Assembly: GCA_024404055.1 (NCBI GenBank)
Contig: JAKSQS010000001.1
Coordinates: 3,404-67,403 of the forward strand
Direction of reading: 5' to 3'
DNA from: Clostridia bacterium
GTDB lineage: Bacteria; Bacillota; Clostridia; Oscillospirales; Acutalibacteraceae
Length of the DNA: 64,000 bases
This document shows, piece by piece, positions 9,561 through 19,379 of the stretch (its first letter is position 1; every line of letters begins with the position of its first letter). A program made the position numbers and the translations under genes. Below the pieces are notes generated by a model that worked only from the letters and a program-made list of their open reading frames with translations, was not told where the DNA came from and did no database searches.

Positions 9561-11332
9561 TATGCAAGCACTCCTTCCTGCTGTGACTGATAAATTTCTT
9601 TGTAAATTTCGTTATTTTCCAAAAGCTCCTCATGCGTGCCGACAGCGTTTATTCTTCCGTTTTCAACAATAACAATCCTGTCTGCATCCATAACGGAGGT
9701 TATGCGCTGTGCGATGATTATTTTTGTTGCCTGTTTCAGCTCATCGCTTTTAAGTGCCTGTCTTATTTTCGCCTCGGTCTCGGTGTCAACCGCCGAGGTG
9801 GAATCATCTAAAATCAGTATTTTCGGTTTTTTGATAAGTGCCCTCGCAATGCAAAGTCTCTGCTTCTGTCCGCCGGACACATTTACGCCGCCCGCACCGA
9901 GAACGGTTTCATACCCATCGTTAAATTCATTGATGAACCCGTCCGCCTGCGCCATTTTACAGGCGTTTATAACTTCTTCGTCTGTCGCGTCGTTCTTGCC
10001 CCAGCGGATATTTTCTCTGATAGTCCCTGAGAAAAGAATATTCTGCTGAAGCACCATAGAAACGGCTTCTCTTAAATTAAACATCGTATAATTCTTTATG
10101 TTGTGTCCGCCGACGCATACCTCGCCGCTTTCCGCGTCATAAAGACGGGAAATAAGCTGTACAAGGGTGGATTTTCCCGCGCCCGTGCCGCCGATAACGC
10201 CTATTGTTTCGCCTGAATTGATTTTAAGGCTGACATTTTCAAGTATCGGCTTAAGTGCTTTTTGTGAATAACGGAACGATACATTTTTAAATTCAATGCT
10301 GCCGTCCTCCACCGTAAGCGTTTCATCCGCTTCGTCATCCCTGACCGCAGGCACATCCATAAGAACCTCTTTAACACGCGTAAGTGATGCCTTTGCCGCA
10401 ATGATGCTGACAAAAATCATCAGCACTGACATCAGTGAGGTAAGCACCGACATAATACAGCCGACAAGTGTGGTCAGCTTGCCAGGGGTGAGAGCGAAAT
10501 TATCAATCGGATTATAGAAATTATCTATAATAGACATGGAGCCGCTCCACAGCGCAAAGCCCATACACGCATACATGATTATCATAATAGCCGGTGTGAG
10601 GAAAAGCAGCATATTCTGACTTTTAAGGTTCCATTTCAGAATATCATCGTTAGCGGTATTGAATTTTTCACGCTCATAATCCTCACGCACAAAGTTTTTA
10701 ACAACTCTTATTCCGTTGGAATTCTGTCTGACAACGGAATTGAAACGGTCTGTCTTTTCCATAAGCTTTTTGAAAAGCGGAACCGCAATAACCGCAAGCA
10801 CAACAAGCACGGCAACAAGGGCGGGTACGGAATAAACAAACACCATATACATATTTGTGCCCTTGCACAGCTCCAACGCCTTAACAAGCGCAATAACAAC
10901 CATAATCGGACCTTTTATAAAGCTTATCATCAATGCCTGAAACACGGTCTGTATGGAATTTATATCTCTTGTGACACGGGTTATGAGCGATGTGGAAGAA
11001 AACTTGTTTATGTTTTCAAACGAGAAATCCTGTACATGACAGAAAATGGCTTTTCTTGCGTTTGTGCTGAAGCCTACACTCGCCTTTGTTGCGCATATGT
11101 TTGCCGCCACACCTATGGCAAGGGTTGTAAGTGTGTAAAGCATCATTTTAATAAGCATGGATTTCACACCGCTCATATCTCCGCTTTCGCCCATCTGGTA
11201 AAGCACATCAACAAGTCCGCCCGTAATATCAAGCAGCTCAACATCAATCGCAACATCAAGAATGATGAACAGCGGACACAGAACAGTATAAATCCAATAG
11301 CCTTTGACGAATTTTATGCATTTTTTAAACAA
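9560..11332 (-). CDS. ABC exporter permease/ATPase, degenerate-site subunit (BmrC/TM287-like)
   Basis: 590 aa with a TTG start 9 nt after AAAGGAGG. Walker A GGTGAGKST, canonical signature VSGGQKQR, Walker B ILILDDSTSAVD with Asp in place of the catalytic Glu. Confidence 0.9.
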   Translation of the reverse strand: MFKKCIKFVKGYWIYTVLCPLFIILDVAIDVELLDITGGLVDVLYQMGESGDMSGVKSMLIKMMLYTLTTLAIGVAANICATKASVGFSTNARKAIFCHVQDFSFENINKFSSTSLITRVTRDINSIQTVFQALMISFIKGPIMVVIALVKALELCKGTNMYMVFVYSVPALVAVLVVLAVIAVPLFKKLMEKTDRFNSVVRQNSNGIRVVKNFVREDYEREKFNTANDDILKWNLKSQNMLLFLTPAIMIIMYACMGFALWSGSMSIIDNFYNPIDNFALTPGKLTTLVGCIMSVLTSLMSVLMIFVSIIAAKASLTRVKEVLMDVPAVRDDEADETLTVEDGSIEFKNVSFRYSQKALKPILENVSLKINSGETIGVIGGTGAGKSTLVQLISRLYDAESGEVCVGGHNIKNYTMFNLREAVSMVLQQNILFSGTIRENIRWGKNDATDEEVINACKMAQADGFINEFNDGYETVLGAGGVNVSGGQKQRLCIARALIKKPKILILDDSTSAVDTETEAKIRQALKSDELKQATKIIIAQRITSVMDADRIVIVENGRINAVGTHEELLENNEIYKEIYQSQQEGVLA

Positions 11333-11384
11333 TCCGCAAAACCTCCTTTAATGGAATTGCATATATACACCCGTATTTAGAATT

Positions 11385-11413
11385 ATAATACAACATTTTC
11401 GAGCTTTAGTCAA
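11385..11413 (-). promoter_or_regulatory. candidate internal promoter for the second ABC pair: TTGACT, 17 nt spacer, TATTAT
   Basis: The minus strand reads TTGACTaaagctcgaaaatgttgTATTATaat, immediately after the stop of the 11415-13409 gene. Confidence 0.45.
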
Positions 11414-11414
11414 C

Positions 11415-13409
11415 TCACTCTAATTCAAACGCGCCCGTATAAAGTCTGTAATACTGTCCCTTCTGTTCAATCAGCCTGTCATGGTCGCCGCGCTCTATAA
11501 TTCTTCCGTGGTCAAGCACCATGATAACATCTGAATTTCTGACCGTAGAAAGCCTGTGGGCAATAACAAACACCGTTCTGCCCTCCATAAGCTTATCCAT
11601 GCCGCGCTGAACGAGTGCTTCCGTTCTCGTGTCGATTGAAGAGGTTGCCTCGTCAAGAATCATAACCGGCGGATCCGCAACGGCTGCTCTCGCAATGGAT
11701 ATGAGCTGACGCTGACCCTGTGAAAGATTTGCACCGTTGGAGGTCAGCATGGTATTGTAGCCGTCCGGCAGACGTGTGATGAAATCATGCGCGTTTGCAA
11801 GCTTTGCCGCCGCTATGCATTCCTCGTCCGTCGCGTCCAGCTTGCCGTAACGGATGTTATCCATAACCGTTCCCGTAAACAGGTTTACATCCTGCAAAAC
11901 AATGCCGAGGCTTCGCCTTAAATCGGATTTTTTGATTTTGTTGATATTTATGCCGTCATAGCGGATTTTTCCGTCCGCAATATCGTAAAAGCGGTTGATA
12001 AGGTTTGTTATCGTGGTTTTACCTGCGCCGGTCGCGCCGACAAACGCGACCTTCTGTCCGGGCTTTGCGTAAAGAGTAATGTCGTGAAGCACAGGCTTAC
12101 CCTCAACATATTCAAAATCAACATGGTCAAGCACAACATCACCCTCAAGGCGGGTGTATGTAACGGTGCCGTCTGCCGCGTGCGGATGCTTCCACGCCCA
12201 GTGACCGGTACGCTCTTCACATTCAACGATTTTACCGTTTTCCTCACGGCAGTTGACAAGCTTTACATAACCCTCATCCGTTTCCGGCTTTTCATCTATA
12301 ATTGAGAAAATTCTCTGTGCGCCTGCCATAGCCATCGCTATGGAGTTTATCTGCTGTGAAGCCTGATTGACCTGTCCCGTGAACTGCTTACACATACCGA
12401 GATATGAAGCAACAACGGGAATTGCAAGCGGCGCAAGCACCGACCCGGTTGAGATTATATTTTCAATGGATATGTTCGGGATTTTTCCGTTTGAGCAAAT
12501 GAGTATACCGCCGACAAACGCGGTGCTGACATAAAGGAGGTTGCCGATATTATTCATAATCGGTCCGAAAATATTTGCAAAGGTGTGTGCGCTTTCGGCA
12601 TCCTTAAACAGCTCCTCATTAACCTTGTCAAAATCAGCCTTTGCCTGATTTTCATGGCAGAATACCTTGACAACCTTCTGACCGTTCATCATTTCTTCAA
12701 CATAGCCCTCAACCTTGCCGACGGCTCTCTGCTGCTTCATGAAGAACTTTGCGGAATTTCCGCCAACCTTTTTTGTCACATTTGTCATTATGATAACGCC
12801 GAAAATGACCACTATCATAAGTGAAACGCTGTAATAAATCATCACGCAAATGAGCACCGCAAGTGTTATGCAGGCTGAAAAAATGCTCGGAATGCCCTGT
12901 GAAATAAGCTGACGGAGAGTATCAATATCATTGGTGTAAAAGCTCATAATATCGCCGTGAGTATTCCTGTCAAAATACTTTATGGGCAAATCCTCCATCT
13001 TCTCAAACATACGCTTGCGCATATTGTCAAGAAAGCCCTGTGTTGTAAAGGCGAGAAGCTGCGCCTGTGTTGCGTTTGCCGCAATGCCCACAATAAACAG
13101 CCCTATCATCAGCGTCAGAATGTGAATAACATCGGGTCTGACTGTATTCCACGCTTCGGCATAGCTCATTGTTTTGCAAAGCTCAAGGCCCTTGACGATA
13201 TAGCTTGTTATGTTTTCAATATACACCGCCGGCATAACGCCGATAACCGCGTTTATGATTATGCAGATGAATATTCCGGCAAGCTTTCCCGGAAAATCGT
13301 GAAACAGTAATTTCAGAAGTCTGAAAAGCATTTTGAAGTCCATAACGGGCTTGCCCTTGGCGTTTAGCTTCACATTGCCGTTAGCCGGCATTTTCATTCC
13401 TCTTGCCAT
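11415..13409 (-). CDS. ABC exporter permease/ATPase, consensus-site subunit (paralog of 7587-9560)
   Basis: 664 aa. Walker A GATGAGKTT, deviant signature LSQGQRQ, VMILDEATSSID. The C-terminal NBD is near-identical in blocks to the 7587 protein (LMEGRTVFVIAHRLSTVRNSD..LYTGAFEL). Confidence 0.9.
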   Translation of the reverse strand: MARGMKMPANGNVKLNAKGKPVMDFKMLFRLLKLLFHDFPGKLAGIFICIIINAVIGVMPAVYIENITSYIVKGLELCKTMSYAEAWNTVRPDVIHILTLMIGLFIVGIAANATQAQLLAFTTQGFLDNMRKRMFEKMEDLPIKYFDRNTHGDIMSFYTNDIDTLRQLISQGIPSIFSACITLAVLICVMIYYSVSLMIVVIFGVIIMTNVTKKVGGNSAKFFMKQQRAVGKVEGYVEEMMNGQKVVKVFCHENQAKADFDKVNEELFKDAESAHTFANIFGPIMNNIGNLLYVSTAFVGGILICSNGKIPNISIENIISTGSVLAPLAIPVVASYLGMCKQFTGQVNQASQQINSIAMAMAGAQRIFSIIDEKPETDEGYVKLVNCREENGKIVECEERTGHWAWKHPHAADGTVTYTRLEGDVVLDHVDFEYVEGKPVLHDITLYAKPGQKVAFVGATGAGKTTITNLINRFYDIADGKIRYDGININKIKKSDLRRSLGIVLQDVNLFTGTVMDNIRYGKLDATDEECIAAAKLANAHDFITRLPDGYNTMLTSNGANLSQGQRQLISIARAAVADPPVMILDEATSSIDTRTEALVQRGMDKLMEGRTVFVIAHRLSTVRNSDVIMVLDHGRIIERGDHDRLIEQKGQYYRLYTGAFELE

Positions 13410-15145
13410 TATTCATCACCTGCCTTGTTCTGCGAATAATATACCTCTTTGTATATTTCATTGGTTTTAAGCAGCTCATCATGCGTTCCCACCGCGTCTA
13501 TACAGCCGTTTTCCATAACAACTATCATATCCGCGTCCTGCACGGAGGATATTCTCTGTGCGATGATAATTTTCGTCGTGCCGGGAATTTCCTCTCTGAA
13601 CGCCTTTCTGATAAGCGCGTCAGTATGCGTATCAACCGCCGATGTGGAGTCGTCAAGAATAAGTATTTTCGGCTTTTTAAGAAGCGCGCGTGCAATACAT
13701 ATACGCTGTTTCTGTCCGCCGGAAACATTCGCGCCGCCCTGCTCGATAAACCTGTCATACTTTTCGGGATGCGCCTTTATAAATTCATCCGCCTGTGCAA
13801 GGGCGCATATTCTCTGAAGCTCATCATCATCCGCATTTTCATCGCCCCAGCGGAGATTTTCCTTCACCGTGCCGCTGAAAAGCACATTTTTCTGAAGCAC
13901 CACGGCAACCTGATTGCGAAGAGCCTTGAGCGAATAATCGCGCACATCGATTCCGCCGACCTTAACACTGCCGTCCGTCACATCGTAAAGACGGGAGATG
14001 AGCTGAATAAGGCTGCTTTTGCCGGAGCCCGTACCGCCGATAATTCCAACCGTCTGCCCGGAGGAAATGTGCAGATTGATATTTTCAAGAGCGTTCTTTT
14101 CCGCGCTTTTTGAATACTTGAAATTAACATTTTCAAAATCCACACTGCCGTCGGGACCCTCTGTAACGGCGTTTTCTTTTTCTTTTATATCGCTTTCCTC
14201 GTCAAGCACCTCACATATACGCTTCATGGAGGCAACGGACATTGTTACCATAACAAAAATCATGGAAAGCATCATAAGAGACATCAGAATCTGCATGGAA
14301 TATGTAATCATGCTTGAAAGAGTGCCTACATCAAGATATTCGCCGCCGAGACTTACAACAAGCTTGGAGCAGAAGAAGGAAATGAGCAGCATAGAGGTAT
14401 ACATACAGCTTTGCATAAGCGGACTGTTGAACGCAAGTATGCGTTCGCACACCGTAAAGTCGTGCCGAAGCTCCTCACTCGCGGCGCCGAATTTCTTTTT
14501 CTCATAGTCCTCTCTTACAAAGCTTTTTACAACTCTCATGCCCTTGATGTTTTCCTGCACGGAATTGTTGAGCTTATCGTATTTTTTGAAAACCGCACGG
14601 AATCTCGGCATGGCAAGACACGCCACAAGTCCGAGACCGAAAGCAAGCACGGGAATAATACAGATGAATATCCATGCAAGCTTTTTGCCCACAACAAACG
14701 CCATAACCGCCGCAACAGTCAGCATAAGCGGCGCTCTGACAGCGGTTCTGATAATCATCATAAACGACATCTGCACATTGTTAACATCCGTTGTCAGACG
14801 GGTGACAAGGGACGATGTGCTGAATTTATCTATATTTGAAAACGAAAAGCCCTGAACCTTATAAAACAGGTCGTGACGCAGATTTTTCGCATACCCCGAT
14901 GAAGCCGTGGCGCAGGTTCTGCCTGCCGCAGCACCGAAGGACAGGGAAACGAGAGCCATAGCCACAAGCAGAACACCGTATTTTGTTATCTGCGACATGG
15001 AACAGCCTGCCTCAATGGAATTTATCAGCCTTGCCGTAATAAGCGGAATTATGCATTCACAGCACACCTCGCCTATCATAAGCAGCGGCGTTATCAGCGT
15101 TTGTTTTTTATACTCCCTTATGCCGGAAGCAAGTTTTTTTATCAC
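13409..15145 (-). CDS. ABC exporter permease/ATPase, degenerate-site subunit (paralog of 9560-11332)
   Basis: 578 aa with a GTG start after GAGGTGGA. Walker A GGTGSGKSS, signature VSGGQKQR, ILILDDSTSAVD. Confidence 0.9.
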   Translation of the reverse strand: MIKKLASGIREYKKQTLITPLLMIGEVCCECIIPLITARLINSIEAGCSMSQITKYGVLLVAMALVSLSFGAAAGRTCATASSGYAKNLRHDLFYKVQGFSFSNIDKFSTSSLVTRLTTDVNNVQMSFMMIIRTAVRAPLMLTVAAVMAFVVGKKLAWIFICIIPVLAFGLGLVACLAMPRFRAVFKKYDKLNNSVQENIKGMRVVKSFVREDYEKKKFGAASEELRHDFTVCERILAFNSPLMQSCMYTSMLLISFFCSKLVVSLGGEYLDVGTLSSMITYSMQILMSLMMLSMIFVMVTMSVASMKRICEVLDEESDIKEKENAVTEGPDGSVDFENVNFKYSKSAEKNALENINLHISSGQTVGIIGGTGSGKSSLIQLISRLYDVTDGSVKVGGIDVRDYSLKALRNQVAVVLQKNVLFSGTVKENLRWGDENADDDELQRICALAQADEFIKAHPEKYDRFIEQGGANVSGGQKQRICIARALLKKPKILILDDSTSAVDTHTDALIRKAFREEIPGTTKIIIAQRISSVQDADMIVVMENGCIDAVGTHDELLKTNEIYKEVYYSQNKAGDE

Positions 15146-15181
15146 TTTCCATCCACCTCATTTTCTGTGTTTTACACTCAT

Positions 15182-15210
15182 ATTCTAATATTCTAATAAA
15201 ATTTTGTCAA
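15182..15210 (-). promoter_or_regulatory. promoter of the ABC exporter cluster: TTGACA, 17 nt spacer, TAGAAT
   Basis: The minus strand reads gTTGACAaaattttattagaatatTAGAATatg. This leaves only about 35 nt of leader before the GTG start. Confidence 0.6.
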
Positions 15211-15335
15211 CACTTACAATAAACCTAAATAAAAAATGGTGAAAAAATCAGTTTGTAGAAAACAGTCACCCTTTTTTGTGCAAGTTTTTTCGTCATTTTT
15301 CACAAAAATATGCGTTATAAACAGGCGTTAATAAT

Positions 15336-15364
15336 TTGACATTTCATTCACACTGTGATATAGT
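15336..15364 (+). promoter_or_regulatory. promoter: TTGACA, 17 nt spacer, TATAGT
   Basis: aatTTGACAtttcattcacactgtgaTATAGTacc, about 88 nt upstream of the 15453 ATG. The leader contains a nested hairpin: TCGCGA..GCAGGCtgccGCCTGC..TCGCGA. Confidence 0.6.
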
Positions 15365-15452
15365 ACCGAAGTTCGTTTTGAGGACATAAAAATTCACTCG
15401 CGAAAAAGCAGGCTGCCGCCTGCCGCTCGCGATAAACAGAAGGAATGTCATT

Positions 15453-16256
15453 ATGAAAACCCGAATACGAGTTCTGTCGGGATTATGTGCGGCGGTTATC
15501 TCCGTTAGCGCTTCGGCTTTGGTTTCATCCGCCGAAATAATCAGCGACAGAAAATTTACAGTCAACAAAATTACTGTTGAACGGACATCTGCTCCCCATG
15601 TCGGCAACTGCTTTGCATACGCAAACGCCATTTACAAAATCATCTGGGGAAAAAGCTTCAACTGCACCTATAAGGGTGACAGCGACAACCTGAATATGCT
15701 GTACGGTCTTTCCGACGATGAAAGACTTATAACGGCACAGCACACAAAAAATTTCATTGAAAAAGCCCCGCTCGGCGCAGTCATTCGTATAACCAACGCC
15801 CCGTCATCCTCTGAGGCGTTTCAGTCTGACAGCACACCGTATAACGGAAAATACGGTCATAATGTCATTATCACAGCAAAGGATGGTGACGGCTTTTACT
15901 GTCTTGAGGACTGGCGGCGGCAATCCAACACAAGCTATTACACATGGGAACAGTTCGGTAATCAATATAACGATTATACCTATTATAAATATATAAAATG
16001 GCCTGTTGCCGAAAAGAAAAAGCCCGTAAAAAATAAAGCAAAAAAGAAGTCGGCTCCGGCAAAGAAAAATCCTGCCATTCCCGAATGTGCGCAGGGGCTC
16101 GGCGTACATGATTCGGATGTTTTCAGGTTTGAAAGCTTCAGCGAGATTTATTCCTATGAAGACGGAACCGGCGTTATGGGTACTATTATTAATGTGGAAA
16201 ATGAGCCTGCGGCAGTAGGGGCGGCACTTATGCCGGAAATAGCGGCTGCAAAATAA
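15453..16256 (+). CDS. secreted protein, putative papain-fold (CHAP/NlpC-like) cysteine amidase/peptidase with a Lys-rich tail
   Basis: Signal peptide MKTRIRVLSGLCAAVISVSASALVSSA. Candidate catalytic Cys (HVGNCFAYANAIY) and His (KYGHNVIITA). A K-rich segment KKKPVKNKAKKKSAPAKK follows. Confidence 0.4.
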   Translation: MKTRIRVLSGLCAAVISVSASALVSSAEIISDRKFTVNKITVERTSAPHVGNCFAYANAIYKIIWGKSFNCTYKGDSDNLNMLYGLSDDERLITAQHTKNFIEKAPLGAVIRITNAPSSSEAFQSDSTPYNGKYGHNVIITAKDGDGFYCLEDWRRQSNTSYYTWEQFGNQYNDYTYYKYIKWPVAEKKKPVKNKAKKKSAPAKKNPAIPECAQGLGVHDSDVFRFESFSEIYSYEDGTGVMGTIINVENEPAAVGAALMPEIAAAK

Positions 16257-16452
16257 CCGTTTTAATCAAAAGTAACTATACCAAATTTATTCGCTTTGTT
16301 TTATCTGCTCTTTACCGGATGTATAAAGGGCGGATATTTTTTTGATTTTTCATTTCCGTCTGTGCCGACGCGAAGCACAAGCTTTTTTGCTCTCATAACG
16401 GGAAATGTGCATATCATTTTATCACCATCCGTTTTTCCGAATATCAATTAAA

Positions 16453-16971
16453 TTATTTGTTTTCAAGGCTCGCGTAATATTCAGCTTCCTTTTTTCTTCG
16501 TTTTTCATGGTGGCGGGCGAAAACTGTTTCCACAGCGAACGGGTCAACCCTCACCGACACCGCGCCCACGCGGTTTGCGCACAGGCAGTCCTTGAAAATC
16601 TGGTCGCCTATCATCACCATTTCATCCGGCTTTACTTTTGCAAGCCTTGCCGCAAGCTTCAGCGCATAGGTATACGGCTTTATCGCAGGTGCAATAAACG
16701 GCACTCCGCCGAGAAGAAAGGAAATATACACAGCGCGGTTGATAAATGTGTTTGAAACAAGAACCACCGGGTAGCCTGCCTTTTTCACGGCTTTTACCCA
16801 CTGTATGCCTTCTTCCGGGACACTGTATGTCATATCATAGGTCAGGGTGTTGTCAATATCAAGTCCGACTGCCTTAACGCCCCATTTTTTCAGCTCGTCA
16901 ACCGTTATATCCGTCAGCCTGTGAAAAATATAATCCGGCTGCGGTGAATCAAGTACATATTTTTTATTCAT
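16453..16971 (-). CDS. HAD-IIIA family phosphatase, YqeG-like
   Basis: 172 aa with HAD motif I GLDIDNTLT, motif II VSN, and motif IV GDQIFKD. Size and layout match YqeG-type phosphatases. Confidence 0.7.
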   Translation of the reverse strand: MNKKYVLDSPQPDYIFHRLTDITVDELKKWGVKAVGLDIDNTLTYDMTYSVPEEGIQWVKAVKKAGYPVVLVSNTFINRAVYISFLLGGVPFIAPAIKPYTYALKLAARLAKVKPDEMVMIGDQIFKDCLCANRVGAVSVRVDPFAVETVFARHHEKRRKKEAEYYASLENK

Positions 16972-17620
16972 TTATATGCTCCTTTTTGTTTTTAATCAGA
17001 AAATGTACAAATACAAACACAAGTACTGTAATACACTGCAAAAAAGTACAGGAAATATATATGTACCGGAAATTCGGCAGGAAGTCAAATAAGCTCATTA
17101 TCCTTTCCGCAGTGATGCCCACAGACCATATAAGTCCGGAAAGGCAGATAAACTGTGCTATCCGGTTCCACCATATGAAAGAAAGCACCGTAAGCACGAT
17201 AAACATAATCGGTACGGCAAGAACATAGCTGAGATTGGCGTACTCCACCGTTAACGGCACATTTTTCAGTGCAAGATGAATTACGGAGCAGATGAAGAAC
17301 ACCCCGATTGCTGATATGGCAGGTACAAAAACCGATATGATTTTCAATCTTTTTTTCTTATATTCGCTGTTTTCGGTAAAATCCGTTTCTATGCTTTCCT
17401 CACCCATCAAAGCCGACACGGAAGTATCCAGTGCTTCCGCGATTTTCAGCACGGTATAGGTATCAGGTAAGCTTTCTCCTCTCTCCCATTTTGAAACCGC
17501 TTTGTCCGTATAATTAATTTTTTCGGCAAGGCGGAGTTGTGTCAATCCCTTTTCTTTTCTTTTTGCTTCTAACGCTTTCCCGAAGGATAATTTAAATTCC
17601 TGTTCGTCCGTTGTTCTCAC
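16964..17620 (-). CDS. XRE-family HTH regulator with a C-terminal multi-TM domain
   Basis: The N-terminus LTQLRLAEKINYTDKAVSKWERGESLPD is a Cro/cI-type HTH. About 4 hydrophobic helices follow. Overlaps the downstream HAD gene by 8 nt. Confidence 0.75.
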   Translation of the reverse strand: MRTTDEQEFKLSFGKALEAKRKEKGLTQLRLAEKINYTDKAVSKWERGESLPDTYTVLKIAEALDTSVSALMGEESIETDFTENSEYKKKRLKIISVFVPAISAIGVFFICSVIHLALKNVPLTVEYANLSYVLAVPIMFIVLTVLSFIWWNRIAQFICLSGLIWSVGITAERIMSLFDFLPNFRYIYISCTFLQCITVLVFVFVHFLIKNKKEHINE

Positions 17621-17686
17621 CTCTTGCTGTATATTTAAATTATCATATCATTTCATATTGATATATTTAAGAAAAATCTGTAAATA

Positions 17687-18376
17687 TTACATACAGAATT
17701 TCAGAATACCTATGAACTGTAATACACTTCCAACTAAAATAAAGATATGGAAAACACCGTGAAAATAGTGCTTTTTAATACCAACGGTAAAGAAAATCAT
17801 ACCAAGGGTATATACCGTGCCTCCCAGCACGAGCCATATGAAGAACTCCTTTCCGAAGGCGGAAATTCCATGCCGTGCCGCAAATATTATTGACCAGCCG
17901 ATAACAAAATAGCCGCTCATGGCAATCCCGGCATAACGGTGAAAATCAATGGCGGTAAATGTTACTCCCACTGCCGTTCCGACTACAAGCACGGTAAGCT
18001 GAACGATAAACAGCTTCATGCTGTATTCCCGGATTCCTGTCAGAAGAACTGGTAAATATGTTCCTGCTATCATAGCGTATATGGAGCAGTGGTCGAGAAC
18101 CTGCATAACTTTTTTCGCCCGTATCGGTTTCAATCCGTGGTAAACGCTGGAAACGGTATAAACCACCACGGTCATAATTCCGTACACAATGCCTCCTGCC
18201 AGTCCCCACGCATTTTTATGCATGGAAGAAAACACGGTACAAAGCACAAGTACGGCAACGCCGAACGCAGCGCCGATTATATGGGTCACCATATTAAATA
18301 TTTCTTCACCCGCAGTATAAAACGGTAACTGCCTGTCTTCAAGCTTGGTTCTTATCACGGTATGCACCCCTTTCAT
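17687..18376 (-). CDS. hemolysin III / PAQR family membrane protein
   Basis: 229 aa with 7 TM helices. Motifs NMVTHIIGA, SSVYHG, DHCSIYAMIAGTYLP and HGVFHIFILVGS. Confidence 0.85.
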   Translation of the reverse strand: MKGVHTVIRTKLEDRQLPFYTAGEEIFNMVTHIIGAAFGVAVLVLCTVFSSMHKNAWGLAGGIVYGIMTVVVYTVSSVYHGLKPIRAKKVMQVLDHCSIYAMIAGTYLPVLLTGIREYSMKLFIVQLTVLVVGTAVGVTFTAIDFHRYAGIAMSGYFVIGWSIIFAARHGISAFGKEFFIWLVLGGTVYTLGMIFFTVGIKKHYFHGVFHIFILVGSVLQFIGILKFCM

Positions 18377-18434
18377 GTTGTGCAGCTATTGTAGCTCCTT
18401 GTCCTCTCAATAGCAACCTACGATAGAAAAAAGA

Positions 18435-18465
18435 ACTCTACGGATAATTCTTCTGTCCGTAGAGT
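18435..18465. terminator. bidirectional rho-independent terminator
   Basis: 9-bp stem ACTCTACGG / CCGTAGAGT, flanked by AAAAAA on the left and TTTTTT on the right. Lies directly downstream of the 18481-19329 gene. Confidence 0.75.
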
Positions 18466-18480
18466 CATTTTTTCGTCATA

Positions 18481-19329
18481 TTATTTCATTTTGGCGGCTA
18501 TTCTGCACGCCCGTTTATATGCCTCTGCAATATAGACCTCAACGGGCATAGCGTCGTATACATCGTTTTCATGTCTGCCGGGCTTTGATTTTTTGCAAAG
18601 CTCAAATGTGAGAATACTGTCATACCCGCATTTTTTCAGCCTGTTTGTGTTACAGTCCCAGTCGGCTATGCCGTCAAACGGCAGCAGGTGCAGGTCGTCA
18701 AGCCATGTTATTTTACCGCCGTAATCCCGGATGCCGAGATTATCGTTTATGTGCGTACAAATCAACCTGCCACCGTATTTTGCAAGTAAATCATCAGAAT
18801 GATTATAACACATTTCATGTCCGGAGTCCCAGCAGAAGCCCACGCTTTTTTCACCGGAGAAATTCCTGAAAATCGCATCTAAATACTCTATGCCCTCCGT
18901 GTTTTCAAAACCGATTTTCACGCCGCATTTTTCGGCTTCCCTTATCAGCTTATAATATCTTTCAAGCCCGACCTGTGTCGGGATATTGTCGGAATCAAAA
19001 CCGATAAAAACATGGGACACCATAATCGGCACGCTGTATTCTTCGCATATATGAACGCATTCAATAAGCTCCGAAAGACCTTTTTCGGCAAGCAGCTCAT
19101 CCTCGCCCCACAGGTCGTCTGTTTTGTTGAACGGCGCATGGACGGATTGGATTGGTATATCATATTCCCTTGCTGCGTTCACGCACGGCATTATATCAGC
19201 GCCGTGCGCCCAGCCGGTGAAAAAAGCATCAAATCCGGCTTCTTTTATCAGTCTTATCTGTTCGGGAATACCGACGCCGAACTGCCCGGAAAGACCGAGA
19301 CAAAGCTTTTTATTTTCCAAAATATTCAC
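18481..19329 (-). CDS. sugar phosphate isomerase/epimerase (xylose isomerase-like TIM barrel)
   Basis: 282 aa with the family's typical metal-ligand spacing: HAPF, SHVFIG, FENTEG, CWDSGHE, THINDN. GTG start. Confidence 0.65.
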   Translation of the reverse strand: MNILENKKLCLGLSGQFGVGIPEQIRLIKEAGFDAFFTGWAHGADIMPCVNAAREYDIPIQSVHAPFNKTDDLWGEDELLAEKGLSELIECVHICEEYSVPIMVSHVFIGFDSDNIPTQVGLERYYKLIREAEKCGVKIGFENTEGIEYLDAIFRNFSGEKSVGFCWDSGHEMCYNHSDDLLAKYGGRLICTHINDNLGIRDYGGKITWLDDLHLLPFDGIADWDCNTNRLKKCGYDSILTFELCKKSKPGRHENDVYDAMPVEVYIAEAYKRACRIAAKMK

Positions 19330-19342
19330 TCCGTTTAAAAAA

Positions 19343-19372
19343 GAGGATGTAAAAAACAGATTTTACATCCTC
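19343..19372. terminator. rho-independent terminator (12-bp stem)
   Basis: GAGGATGTAAAA aacaga TTTTACATCCTC with T-runs on both strands. Lies immediately after the stop of the 695-aa gene. Confidence 0.8.
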
Positions 19373-19379
19373 CGTTTTT

